DNA of 64,000 nucleotides from Clostridia bacterium (lineage in GTDB: Bacteria > Bacillota > Clostridia > Oscillospirales > CAG-272). How positions within the stretch are numbered: the first letter of the stretch is position 1; the number at the start of each line of letters is the position of its first letter. The notes beneath the pieces are model-generated. The model searched no databases and had not been told where the DNA came from. It saw only the letters and a program-made list of their open reading frames with translations. The position numbers and the translations under genes are program-made. The DNA lies in contig JAGAKG010000036.1 in assembly GCA_017625755.1 (NCBI GenBank), positions 559 through 64,558 of the forward strand, written 5' to 3'. Shown piece after piece: positions 26,946 through 35,617 of this stretch.

Positions 26946-28961
26946 ATGAAAAGCAGGAAGGACAGCTTTTTTGGATTACACTTTGATTTTCACGGTCATC
27001 CAAAATACGGCGAGACGCAGGGAGCTACGCTGAGGGAGGAGGATATTCGTGAGATATGCCGAGCTGTAAAGCCCGATTTTATTCAGATAGATTGTAAAGG
27101 ACACCCGGGGTGGGCGTCTTATCCCTCTGAACTTGGAAACGCTTTGCCTGATTTTGCTTTTGATACGCTTGCGCTCTGGCGCAGAGTGACGAAGGAGGAG
27201 GGGGTAGCCCTTTATATGCACTATTCGGGAGTATACGATAACAAATATCTTACCGAGCATCCCGAGGAGAATATAATGAGAGCGGACGGTACTTACGCGT
27301 TTAATGCCGTAAGACCTAATGGAAAATATGTTGACGATTTACTTATCCCCCAGATTTCCGAGATAACCGAAAAATACGGTGTTGACGGTTTTTGGATAGA
27401 CGGAGACTGTTGGAAGCCCGAGGCGGATTTTCGCCCCGAGTCAATAGCGGCATTTGAAAGAGAATACGGTGTGGACCTCGGTGGCAGACTTCCCGCAACG
27501 CCCGATGATCCTTATTATTATGAATACAGAAATTATCACAGAGAGCTTTTTCGCCGTTATCTGAGATACTATGTAGATACGCTTCACGAAAAATATCCCG
27601 AGCTTCAGATATGCTCTAACTGGTCGTTCAGCGATCATATGCCCGAAAAGGTTTGCGCAAATGTGGATTTTCTCTCGGGCGACCTTAATCCAACGAATTC
27701 CTTCAATTCCGCTCGATACGCGGCAAGAGCTCTTGCACAGCAGGATATGCCGTGGGACCTTATGTCTTGGAATTTCAGAATTAAGGTTGGAAATGTTTCA
27801 GGCGTGGTGGCAAAGCATCCGAGGCAGGTAATGCAGGAGGCGGCTGCTGTTATAGCGACGGGAGGAGCGTATCAGAATTACATAACTCAATACAAGGACG
27901 GCTCTCCCCGAATGCACGAGGTTAGGGATATGGCAGAGCTTTCCGAATTTCTGCGCGCAAGACAGCCGTATTGCTTCAGAGGCAAGCTGATACATCAGGC
28001 GGCGTTATTGCTTTCAAGCTATGACCGTAGCTTTGAGGAAGGTCGGCTTTATAACCGCACGGGATACGAAAAGATAATGGGAATGACCGCCTTGCTTTGT
28101 GATATAGGACAATCGCTTGAAATAATATGCGAGCATACCCTCAAAAAGCTGTGGTCTGAATACGAAATGATAGTCGTTCCCGAGCTTTTCTACGGTCTTG
28201 AGCGTGAGACGGTTGAGCTTTTGCTTAGCTATGCTAAGGGTGGCGGTAAGCTCGTAGTTGTTGGAAATAAGACCTGCCGTATATTCGCTGAGGCGAGCGG
28301 AGCGTTTGGCGTTGTTGAACGAAGCGCATTCCTCGCGGAGGGAGAGAAGCCTTACGATAACGGCGGAGATAACGGACACGGCAATATTTCTGTTACGCCC
28401 AATAAGCCTTATTGCTTTACTCTTGATGGGCGAGCGTTTGGTATTATCTATGCTCCGTGTGAGATAGCTGCGGGCGACGCTAAGGTAGCGGCTATGTTGT
28501 CCGATGACGACAGAAGCGAGCAAAAGCCATTAGCTGTAACGCTTCCATACGGAGAAGGAAGCATCAGCGCGATAGGGGCTTATATAGGCTCTCAGTATCT
28601 GGGATGTACGCAGTATTTACAGCGCGAGCTTATGAAGGCTGTTGTTGCTCCGTTGTATGAGCCTATGGTTCGTATAGAATCGCAGCTCGGAAGGCTTGAG
28701 ATAGTTTGTCTTGACCTCAAGGGAAAAAAGATGATACAGCTCATAAACGCTGCGGGAAGTCACGCCAATGACCTCTGCGCTACCGATGACCTTATTCCTC
28801 CCGCGCTTGATATAGAGCTTTCGATAGCTTTGTCAAACGCTCCGCGGGCTGTTATTCTTCAGCCGGAGGGTAGGGAGCTTTCCTTTGAGTATCGCGACGG
28901 ACGCGCGTATCTTGAGGTTGAAAGAGTGGATATACACAGCGTTCTTGAAATAGTTGAGTGA
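26946..28961 (+). CDS. Putative glycoside hydrolase (TIM-barrel N-domain plus GH42-trimerisation/GATase-like middle domain); family not assigned
   Basis: MKSRKDSFFGLHFDFHG...DFIQIDCKGHPGWASYPS...GFWIDGDCW. It has no signal peptide. It is paired with the AraC regulator. The start is set at ATG 26946 (AAGGAGAG SD). Confidence 0.55.
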   Translation: MKSRKDSFFGLHFDFHGHPKYGETQGATLREEDIREICRAVKPDFIQIDCKGHPGWASYPSELGNALPDFAFDTLALWRRVTKEEGVALYMHYSGVYDNKYLTEHPEENIMRADGTYAFNAVRPNGKYVDDLLIPQISEITEKYGVDGFWIDGDCWKPEADFRPESIAAFEREYGVDLGGRLPATPDDPYYYEYRNYHRELFRRYLRYYVDTLHEKYPELQICSNWSFSDHMPEKVCANVDFLSGDLNPTNSFNSARYAARALAQQDMPWDLMSWNFRIKVGNVSGVVAKHPRQVMQEAAAVIATGGAYQNYITQYKDGSPRMHEVRDMAELSEFLRARQPYCFRGKLIHQAALLLSSYDRSFEEGRLYNRTGYEKIMGMTALLCDIGQSLEIICEHTLKKLWSEYEMIVVPELFYGLERETVELLLSYAKGGGKLVVVGNKTCRIFAEASGAFGVVERSAFLAEGEKPYDNGGDNGHGNISVTPNKPYCFTLDGRAFGIIYAPCEIAAGDAKVAAMLSDDDRSEQKPLAVTLPYGEGSISAIGAYIGSQYLGCTQYLQRELMKAVVAPLYEPMVRIESQLGRLEIVCLDLKGKKMIQLINAAGSHANDLCATDDLIPPALDIELSIALSNAPRAVILQPEGRELSFEYRDGRAYLEVERVDIHSVLEIVE

Positions 28962-28981
28962 ACCGAATGAATATAAAACAC

Positions 28982-29022
28982 GAACCGTCGGAGGTTATCT
29001 GCCGACGGTTCATTTTATTTTT
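28982..29022. terminator. Bidirectional terminator
   Basis: GAACCGTCGG-aggttatctg-CCGACGGTTC is followed by ATTTTATTTTTT. Confidence 0.75.
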
Positions 29023-29765
29023 TATTCTCCGTGAGATGCGTCGAGCTTGAGGGACTCAAGCGCCTTTTCATCGAAGTATTCGAGTGGGTCTACCGCAAGG
29101 TCCGCGACTGTCATCTCAAAGTGGAGATGAGGCTCCTCGGCTACCTCCACCATTGAGCTTTCACCAACCGAGCCTATGAGCTGTCCCGCTCTTACTGATG
29201 TGCCCTCGGCAATTCCCTCGGGAAGCGTTTCGGAGAGGTTTTTATAGATGGTGTAGCAGTCTCCGCTATGCTTGATGGCGATACAGTAGCCCATAAGGGT
29301 ATCTTCCCAAATCTTGGAAATCTTTCCGTCAGCGGCGGCGTATACGGGGGCGTCTGCCTCTGTGACGAGGTCAACACCGAGGTGAACGCGGTAGTCCTTC
29401 ATAGTGGTCGAATAAACCTGAAGGGAAGCGTCGTGCTTTTTGGAGAGTACTCCGTTCACGGGGAGAATAAATGAGGGGAGCTTGTCCTCTACCTGAGCCG
29501 AGTTGCCCGAGGAGGGCTTCTGAGTGGGAGCTGTGGTCGAGGGCTTTTCATTGGGTTCTTCCTTTTCAGTGGTGCTCTGTGTGGTTTTGGGTGTGTCGTT
29601 GGGAATGTCATCACCATTCTTCTTTGCTCTGTTTGTCGCCACCGTCACCGAAATGATAACGGTGAGCGCGGCAAGGAGAACTACGACGGTGATAAGTGCG
29701 GCACGGTTTACTTTCATATTCTTTAATTTTTCACGAAAGCTTGTTTTTTGATAGTTTTCAGACAT
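29022..29765 (-). CDS. M23 family metallopeptidase (LytM domain) with an N-terminal membrane anchor
   Basis: The TM helix is AALITVVVLLAALTVIISV. M23 motifs are HLGVDLV, AAADGKI and PHLHFEM. Confidence 0.85.
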   Translation of the reverse strand: MSENYQKTSFREKLKNMKVNRAALITVVVLLAALTVIISVTVATNRAKKNGDDIPNDTPKTTQSTTEKEEPNEKPSTTAPTQKPSSGNSAQVEDKLPSFILPVNGVLSKKHDASLQVYSTTMKDYRVHLGVDLVTEADAPVYAAADGKISKIWEDTLMGYCIAIKHSGDCYTIYKNLSETLPEGIAEGTSVRAGQLIGSVGESSMVEVAEEPHLHFEMTVADLAVDPLEYFDEKALESLKLDASHGE

Positions 29766-29907
29766 TTCACTTTGACTCCTTTTGAGTTATTACTGTTAGT
29801 ATTTTTACCATAATAAACTGCTTTATTCATTTTTGAGAAAAATACCTAAATACAAATAAAATTATTGTTTTAAGGGTTGTGAAAGCTTTTATATATTTAA
29901 AATTAAA

Positions 29908-29952
29908 GCCTTGCCCACGCGCTGTCATCCTTCGCTTCGCTCGAGGATGACA
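29908..29952 (-). repeat. Copy of the dispersed GC-rich motif, inverted relative to 768-834
   Basis: The reverse complement is GTCATCCTCGAGCGAAGCGAAGGATGACAGCGCGTGGGCAAGGC. It contains the hairpin GTCATCC...GGATGAC. Confidence 0.5.
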
Positions 29953-30016
29953 CCTGACGGTGTCGTCGGGGGGAGGTAAACACTTTAAGTAAAAATAAGT
30001 CTATTTTCTGTTTCGG

Positions 30017-30045
30017 TTGACTTTGAGAAAAAAATATGCTATAAT
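30017..30045 (+). promoter_or_regulatory. Sigma-A promoter TTGACT-17-TGcTATAAT upstream of ymdB
   Basis: TTGACT lies at 30017-30022 and TGCTATAAT at 30037-30045. Confidence 0.55.
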
Positions 30046-30106
30046 ATTCGGGACGGCGGCTCGCCGACGCCGTTTGATTTTCTTGGGCGATAGAAAGATT
30101 TTTATT

Positions 30107-30877
30107 ATGAAGATACTTGCGATAGGAGATATCGTCGGAAACAAGTGCGTCGACTACCTTGCCGACAGGCTTTTTCTTGTAAGGGGAGAGCTTGGAGTCG
30201 ATATGGTCGTGGCAAACGGAGAGAATGCCTCGGATATTCACGGAATTTCGGCAAAAAACGCCACAGACATTCTCGCGGCGGGAGTTGATGTGATAACTCT
30301 CGGAAACCACAGCTTTGCGAGAAAGGATATTTGCGAGATACTCAGCGGAGATTATAATGTCATTCGTCCCGCGAATTACCCACCGTTCGTACCGGGGATA
30401 GGACATATCATAACCGAGGTGCTGGGATACCGCATACTCTGTATGAATGTTATGGGAACGGCGCTGATGGAGCCGATGGCGTGTCCCTTTGAGACGGTGG
30501 AAAATATCCTGACAGAGGAAAAAGGGAATTACGACTTCTCTTTGCTTGACATACACGCCGAGGCGACTTCCGAGAAGATAGCTCTGGCGAGATATTTTGA
30601 CGGCAGGATAAATATTATTTTCGGAACGCACACCCATGTTACGACGGCGGACGAGCAAATATTGCCGAGAGGCACGGGATATATCACCGACCTTGGTATG
30701 AGCGGCCCCGTAAACGGAGTGCTGGGAACAGACGCGTCTGTCGTTATCGAGAGAATGAGGACGAAGATTCCCGCGAGATTTGTGATAGCCGACGGAGAGA
30801 TAAAGGTCAACGGCACGCTGTTTGAGATAGATACCGAAACGCGCAGAATCAAGAGCGTCAGACGGGTGAAATTTTAG
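30107..30877 (+). CDS. ymdB: YmdB-family metallophosphoesterase (2',3'-cyclic-nucleotide 2'-phosphodiesterase)
   Basis: MKILAIGDIVG...VVANGENA...GNH...GTHTHV fits the family. The start is set at ATG 30107. Confidence 0.85.
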   Translation: MKILAIGDIVGNKCVDYLADRLFLVRGELGVDMVVANGENASDIHGISAKNATDILAAGVDVITLGNHSFARKDICEILSGDYNVIRPANYPPFVPGIGHIITEVLGYRILCMNVMGTALMEPMACPFETVENILTEEKGNYDFSLLDIHAEATSEKIALARYFDGRINIIFGTHTHVTTADEQILPRGTGYITDLGMSGPVNGVLGTDASVVIERMRTKIPARFVIADGEIKVNGTLFEIDTETRRIKSVRRVKF

Positions 30878-30885
30878 GAGGGTGT

Positions 30886-31278
30886 ATGGATACAAACGAG
30901 CTGAGAAATGTTTCAACTGCGGCGCTTGCCTATCTTGGCGATTGCGTGGTCGAGCTTTGCGTGAGAGAGTATCTGGTCGAGCAGGGACTTTCAAGCTCGG
31001 CGCGGCTTAACGCCGCCGCTCTCGATTTTGTCCGCGCGCCCAAGCAGGCAGAGGCGATGAAAAATATTCTTCCTATGCTCACCGAGGAGGAGGAGAATAT
31101 CTTCAAGAGAGGAAGAAATATGGGACACGGGGCGACGCCGAAGGCGGCGACCGTTGCCGAATACAGAGCCGCGACGGGAATGGAGGTTCTTTTCGGTTGG
31201 CTCAGCCTTCAAAAGAGGGAGGAGCGGATAAAGGAGCTTTTCTTTGCCGCGTATTTCCCCGAGAAAGCGCAGAATTGA
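30886..31278 (+). CDS. mrnC: Mini-ribonuclease 3
   Basis: LAYLGDCVVELCVREYL ... KRGRN ... YRAATGMEVLFGWL fits the family. Confidence 0.85.
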   Translation: MDTNELRNVSTAALAYLGDCVVELCVREYLVEQGLSSSARLNAAALDFVRAPKQAEAMKNILPMLTEEEENIFKRGRNMGHGATPKAATVAEYRAATGMEVLFGWLSLQKREERIKELFFAAYFPEKAQN

Positions 31279-31323
31279 AATTAAAAATACAATAAATATA
31301 ACAGATACAAAGGAGAAGAAAAA

Positions 31324-31830
31324 ATGACAAATCCCGTAATCGAAATAAAAGTAAAGGGCTTCGGCACTATGACCGCCGAGCTTTATCCCGAAAAGGCTCC
31401 CAAGACGGTTGCGAACTTTATCAAGCTCGCAGAGGAGAACTTTTTTGACGGACTTATCTTCCACAGAATTATAAAGGGCTTTATGATTCAGGGCGGTGGA
31501 TACACCGAGGATATGCAAGACAAGGAAGCGGCAACCATCAAGGGTGAGTTCAAGGCAAACGGATTTATGACAAACGACCTCAAGCACACCCGCGGAGTGC
31601 TTTCAATGGCTCGCACACCCGACCCCGATTCGGCATCCTCACAGTTCTTCGTAATGCATAAGGACGCACCGCATCTTGACGCGCAGTACGCAGGCTTTGG
31701 TAAGCTCACCGACGGATTTGATGTGCTTGACGCGATAGCATCTGTCAAGACGGGAAATTACGGCTGGTATATGCAGGATGTTCCGAAGGAGCCTGTGGTT
31801 ATCGAGAGTATAAGAGTTATCAGTAAATAA
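31324..31830 (+). CDS. ppiB: Peptidyl-prolyl cis-trans isomerase, cyclophilin type
   Basis: FHRIIKGFMIQGGG, LSMARTPDPDSASSQFF. Confidence 0.92.
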   Translation: MTNPVIEIKVKGFGTMTAELYPEKAPKTVANFIKLAEENFFDGLIFHRIIKGFMIQGGGYTEDMQDKEAATIKGEFKANGFMTNDLKHTRGVLSMARTPDPDSASSQFFVMHKDAPHLDAQYAGFGKLTDGFDVLDAIASVKTGNYGWYMQDVPKEPVVIESIRVISK

Positions 31831-31846
31831 GCGTTCAATAATAAAA

Positions 31847-31888
31847 ACACGACCGTCATCAGAAAAATGCCGACGGTCGTGTTTTTTG
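31847..31888 (+). terminator. Rho-independent terminator of ppiB
   Basis: ACACGACCGTC-atcagaaaaatgcc-GACGGTCGTGT is followed by TTTTTT. Confidence 0.85.
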
Positions 31889-31952
31889 ATAAAAATATTG
31901 AATTTAGAGAACATAACGCCAAAGCTTTTGTTTTAAAGGCCTTGAAGGGAGC

Positions 31953-31984
31953 GCGAGGGGGACTTTTTTAAAAGTCCCCCTCGC
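31953..31984. repeat. GC-rich hairpin element (15-bp arms), same core as 995-1042
   Basis: GCGAGGGGGACTTTT-tt-AAAAGTCCCCCTCGC. No U-tract follows on either strand. Confidence 0.7.
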
Positions 31985-32007
31985 TTGAATTACTTATTTA
32001 ATTGAAA

Positions 32008-32103
32008 TCAGCAACCGCCGCCACAGCAGAAGATAAGAATAAGAGCAATGATTATTATCCAGATGCAGTTGTCATCAAAGAGATTGCACAAGCAGTTATT
32101 CAT
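32008..32103 (-). CDS. 31-aa Cys-rich hydrophobic micro-protein (tiny-TM, YjcZ-like class)
   Basis: It is not in the ORF track because it is under 60 aa. AAGGGAGGA SD lies 6 nt before the ATG at 32103. The sequence is MNNCLCNLFDDNCIWIIIIALILIFCCGGGC. Confidence 0.5.
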   Translation of the reverse strand: MNNCLCNLFDDNCIWIIIIALILIFCCGGGC

Positions 32104-32203
32104 ATTGAGTCCTCCCTTCAAAGCTTCGAGGGGGTTTGCCCCTTCGATATCATATTATGAGGGGATTCGGCTTTTTGTGACTGAAGGCGACGCAATAATT
32201 TGT

Positions 32204-33265
32204 TCAGGCGATGTAATCGTCTATCTTAATGGGCGCGCCAAGCTCGTCGGAGACGAAGGAGGCTTCCATTATCTTCATAACGCGCATAAGCTGAGCGTGA
32301 GTGACTATCATATCAGCCTCGCCCTTGACTGCCGCGCAAAAATTGCGGTAAAAGTCATGCACATCCGACTCGGGACGCTCGATAAAGCTCTCTGTCGTGG
32401 TCTTTGCGTCTCTGGGCGCCATCGTTTTTGTGAGTCCCGCAGAGGTAACGACGGGCGTCACATCCTTTTCTTCCCACTGGTCGCAGCATATAAGACGGCA
32501 GTTGTCTTTCCAGTCGTTTATCATAGCGGTGCCGCTCATACCCGTCATAAAGAAGCGGGGGAGAGACATAAAGTGCGATGTTCCGACCTCGATGCGCGCG
32601 GTGAGTCCGCCCTCGAAATAGAGGTCGAGCTTAAAGCCGTCGTCTACCTCGTCGTTGGTTATGTGGTCGAATTTACAGTAAAGGCTCTCGACCTTTTTGT
32701 CGTATACTATGCCGAGCATCTGGTCGATCAGGTGAACACCCCAGTCGAGCATCATTCCTCCGCCGAATTTCTTGTGACCTCTCCAGTCACCGGGGATTCC
32801 GCGTGAGCCCTGATATCTTGATTCTATTCCAAAGACCTGACCGAGCTTACCCGAAGCGTATGCTTCCTTCATCATGAGATAATCGCAGTCCCATCTTCTG
32901 TTCTGGTGTGTAGTAAAGAGTCTGTCGCAACGCTCAGCCGCGTCGAATATCTCCTGCAGGTCGGCGCTCGAGAGAGTAACGGGCTTCTCGCATATTACAT
33001 GCTTTCCCGCTTCCATAGCGCGGATAGCCACGGGCTTGTGCTGGTCGTTGGGGATAGCTATTGTGACTATCTCGACAGACTTGTCGGCAAGAAGCTCGTC
33101 GAGCGAGCCGTATGCGTGTATGCCGTTTTCCTCCGCAAGGCGATTGCGGGATTCCTTTATATCGTAAATACCGCGAAGCTCGGCAACATCGCTCTCAAGC
33201 AGATGTCTTGTGTGCCAACCGCCCATTCCGCCGTATCCGATAACTGCTACACCTGTTTTCTTCAT
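32204..33265 (-). CDS. Gfo/Idh/MocA family NAD(P)-dependent oxidoreductase
   Basis: It has the Rossmann N-terminus VAVIGYGGMGGWH and the EKP motif HVICEKPV. Confidence 0.85.
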   Translation of the reverse strand: MKKTGVAVIGYGGMGGWHTRHLLESDVAELRGIYDIKESRNRLAEENGIHAYGSLDELLADKSVEIVTIAIPNDQHKPVAIRAMEAGKHVICEKPVTLSSADLQEIFDAAERCDRLFTTHQNRRWDCDYLMMKEAYASGKLGQVFGIESRYQGSRGIPGDWRGHKKFGGGMMLDWGVHLIDQMLGIVYDKKVESLYCKFDHITNDEVDDGFKLDLYFEGGLTARIEVGTSHFMSLPRFFMTGMSGTAMINDWKDNCRLICCDQWEEKDVTPVVTSAGLTKTMAPRDAKTTTESFIERPESDVHDFYRNFCAAVKGEADMIVTHAQLMRVMKIMEASFVSDELGAPIKIDDYIA

Positions 33266-33460
33266 AAATGTAATCTCCTTTTTATAAATTTATAAAAAGA
33301 TTAAATGCTTTCAACCTTATTATAAGACATAATCTTGCTCAATTCAAGTCATTACAGCCGAATTATAAGACAAAAATTGCTCAAATTCCATAAAAGCAAG
33401 TCAAAAATTTATTTTTCTGTTAAAAAATTGCCCGAAATGATAAAAATTTAAAAAATGCTA

Positions 33461-33489
33461 TTGAGAAAATCCCAAAGATATTATATAAT
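33461..33489 (+). promoter_or_regulatory. Sigma-A promoter TTGAGA-17-TATAAT upstream of lepA
   Basis: TTGAGA lies at 33461-33466 and TATAAT at 33484-33489. Confidence 0.45.
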
Positions 33490-33528
33490 ATATAATAACA
33501 TTTTGTAGGTAATTACGGAGTAAAATTG

Positions 33529-35349
33529 ATGTCAAACGGTGAAAAACAAAAGAATATAAGAAATTTTTCAATAATAGCGCACATAGACCACGGCAAGTCA
33601 ACTCTTGCCGACAGAATACTTGAGGCGACGCAGACCGTTTCCAAGCGCGATATGGAGGAGCAGATACTCGACAATATGGACCTCGAAAAAGAGAGGGGAA
33701 TTACCATAAAGGCGAGAGCGGTGCGTCTTGAATACACGGCGGACGATGGTGAGAATTATGTCTTTAACCTTATCGACACCCCCGGGCATGTCGACTTCAA
33801 TTACGAGGTCTCCCGTTCGCTCAACGCCTGCGACGGCGCGCTTCTCGTTGTCGACGCAACGCAGGGAATAGAGGCGCAGACGCTCGCTAACGCGTATCTT
33901 GCGGTCGATTCCGACCTTGAGATAGTTCCCGTCATAAACAAGATAGACCTGCCCTCAGCAGACCCCGACAAGGTCAGGGGAGAGATAGAGGATGTTATAG
34001 GCATACCCGCTGAGGGTTGTCCCGCGGTCTCGGCGAAAACGGGACTCAATATCGAGCAGGTGCTTGAAGCGGTGGTGAGAGATATACCCGCGCCTGTGGG
34101 GGACAGCACGGCTCCCCTGAAAGCGCTTATCTTCGATTCATATTACGACAGTTATCTCGGAGTCGTCGTTTATGTCCGTATTCTCGATGGTACGCTGAGG
34201 AGCGGCGAGAGAATAAAGCTTATGAACACGGGAGCCGAGTTTGATGTGGTCGATGTGGGATATATGGCGCCCTTCGGACTGAAAAAGGCAGAGGAGATTA
34301 AGGCGGGCGAGGTCGGATATATCACGGCGTCTATCAAGAATATCGGTGACACGCGCGTGGGAGATACCGTAACTCACGCCGAGCGTCCGACATCCGAAGC
34401 CTGCCCCGGATTCAAGGCTGTTCAGCCTATGGTCTACGCGGGAATATACCCTGCCGACGGCGCAAAATACGGCGACCTCAGAGACGCGCTTGAGAAGCTT
34501 CAGCTCAACGACGCGGCGCTTATTTTTGAGCCCGAGACCTCGATAGCGCTCGGATTTGGATTTCGTTGTGGCTTCCTCGGACTTCTCCATATGGAGATAA
34601 TCGAGGAGCGACTCGAGAGAGAGTTCAATCTCGACCTTATCACGACCGCCCCCTCGGTTATCTATAAGATAAAGAAAAAGGGCGGGGAGACGGTTCGTAT
34701 CGACAACCCCTCTAACTACCCCTCGGCAGACGAGATAGAGATAGCCTACGAGCCTATCGTCAAGGCGAGCATAATCACGCCGACGGAATATGTGGGCGGA
34801 CTTATGGACCTCTGTCAGGACAGACGCGGAACCTTCCACGATATGAAATATATAGACGCGCAGAGAGTTGAGCTGCATTACGACCTGCCGCTCAACGAGA
34901 TAATCTACGATTTCTTTGACGCGCTTAAGAGTCGCTCCCGCGGTTACGCTTCGCTCGACTATGAGCTTGGAGATTATGTTCCGAGTAAGCTCGTGAAGCT
35001 TGACTTCCTGCTCAACGGAGAGCAGGTCGACGCGCTTTCCTTTATAGTTCACGAGGACAAGGCGTACGGCAGAGCGAGAAAGATTGCCGAGAAGCTGAAG
35101 GATAATATTCCGAGACAGCTCTTTGAGGTTCCGATACAGGCGGCAATAGGCTCGAAGATTATTGCGAGAGAGACGGTCAAGGCGATGCGTAAGGATGTCC
35201 TAGCTAAGTGCTACGGCGGTGATATTACCCGTAAGAAGAAGCTGCTTGAAAAGCAGAAAGAGGGTAAGAAGAAGATGCGCCAGCTCGGCTCGGTTCAGGT
35301 CTCCCCCGAGGCATTTATGGCAGTCCTCAAGCTTGATGATGATAATTGA
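33529..35349 (+). CDS. lepA: Elongation factor 4
   Basis: [28 protein letters not shown] and the LepA C-terminal region are present. Confidence 0.95.
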   Translation: MSNGEKQKNIRNFSIIAHIDHGKSTLADRILEATQTVSKRDMEEQILDNMDLEKERGITIKARAVRLEYTADDGENYVFNLIDTPGHVDFNYEVSRSLNACDGALLVVDATQGIEAQTLANAYLAVDSDLEIVPVINKIDLPSADPDKVRGEIEDVIGIPAEGCPAVSAKTGLNIEQVLEAVVRDIPAPVGDSTAPLKALIFDSYYDSYLGVVVYVRILDGTLRSGERIKLMNTGAEFDVVDVGYMAPFGLKKAEEIKAGEVGYITASIKNIGDTRVGDTVTHAERPTSEACPGFKAVQPMVYAGIYPADGAKYGDLRDALEKLQLNDAALIFEPETSIALGFGFRCGFLGLLHMEIIEERLEREFNLDLITTAPSVIYKIKKKGGETVRIDNPSNYPSADEIEIAYEPIVKASIITPTEYVGGLMDLCQDRRGTFHDMKYIDAQRVELHYDLPLNEIIYDFFDALKSRSRGYASLDYELGDYVPSKLVKLDFLLNGEQVDALSFIVHEDKAYGRARKIAEKLKDNIPRQLFEVPIQAAIGSKIIARETVKAMRKDVLAKCYGGDITRKKKLLEKQKEGKKKMRQLGSVQVSPEAFMAVLKLDDDN

Positions 35350-35362
35350 TGGGATAGATATT

Positions 35363-35406
35363 GTGGGGGAGGATACCCTTCTTGCAAGAAGGTTATCCTC
35401 CCCCAC
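35363..35406. repeat. GC-rich long hairpin element 14 nt after the lepA stop
   Basis: GTGGGGGAGGATA-c-CCTTCTTG/CAAGAAGG-t-TATCCTCCCCCAC forms ~19 bp. It is followed by ACCCCCACCC, not by a U-tract. Confidence 0.7.
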
Positions 35407-35484
35407 ACCCCCACCCGCCAAAGAAACTTAAAGCAGGGGATTGGGTATGGGGGCGGTGTGCTTTCTTGCCTGAAAGTTCTGCGC

Positions 35485-35527
35485 GTCATCTTGAGCGGAG
35501 CAGAGTGAAGTCGAAACCCGTAGGGCA
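35485..35527 (+). repeat. Diverged copy of the dispersed GC-rich motif
   Basis: GTCATCTTGAGCGGAGCAGAGTGAAGTCGAAACCCGTAGGGCA shares GTCATCnTnGAGCG with 768 and 29908, and CCGTAGGG with 873 and 943. Confidence 0.45.
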
Positions 35528-35617
35528 AATGTCTTTGACATTTGGATCTTGCGGAAATGTAAAAATCTGAATTAAGGCGGCGTCAAACTGTTAAATTTTG
35601 TTTTTGGAGCATAAATT

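Noticed and set aside
35361-35570. A 69-aa ORF (MWGRIPFLQEGYPPPHPHPP...) and overlapping ORFs lie in the lepA-hemW spacer.
   Set aside because: They are translations of the palindromic repeat elements, and both strands give similar-looking peptides. They have no RBS and low-complexity composition.
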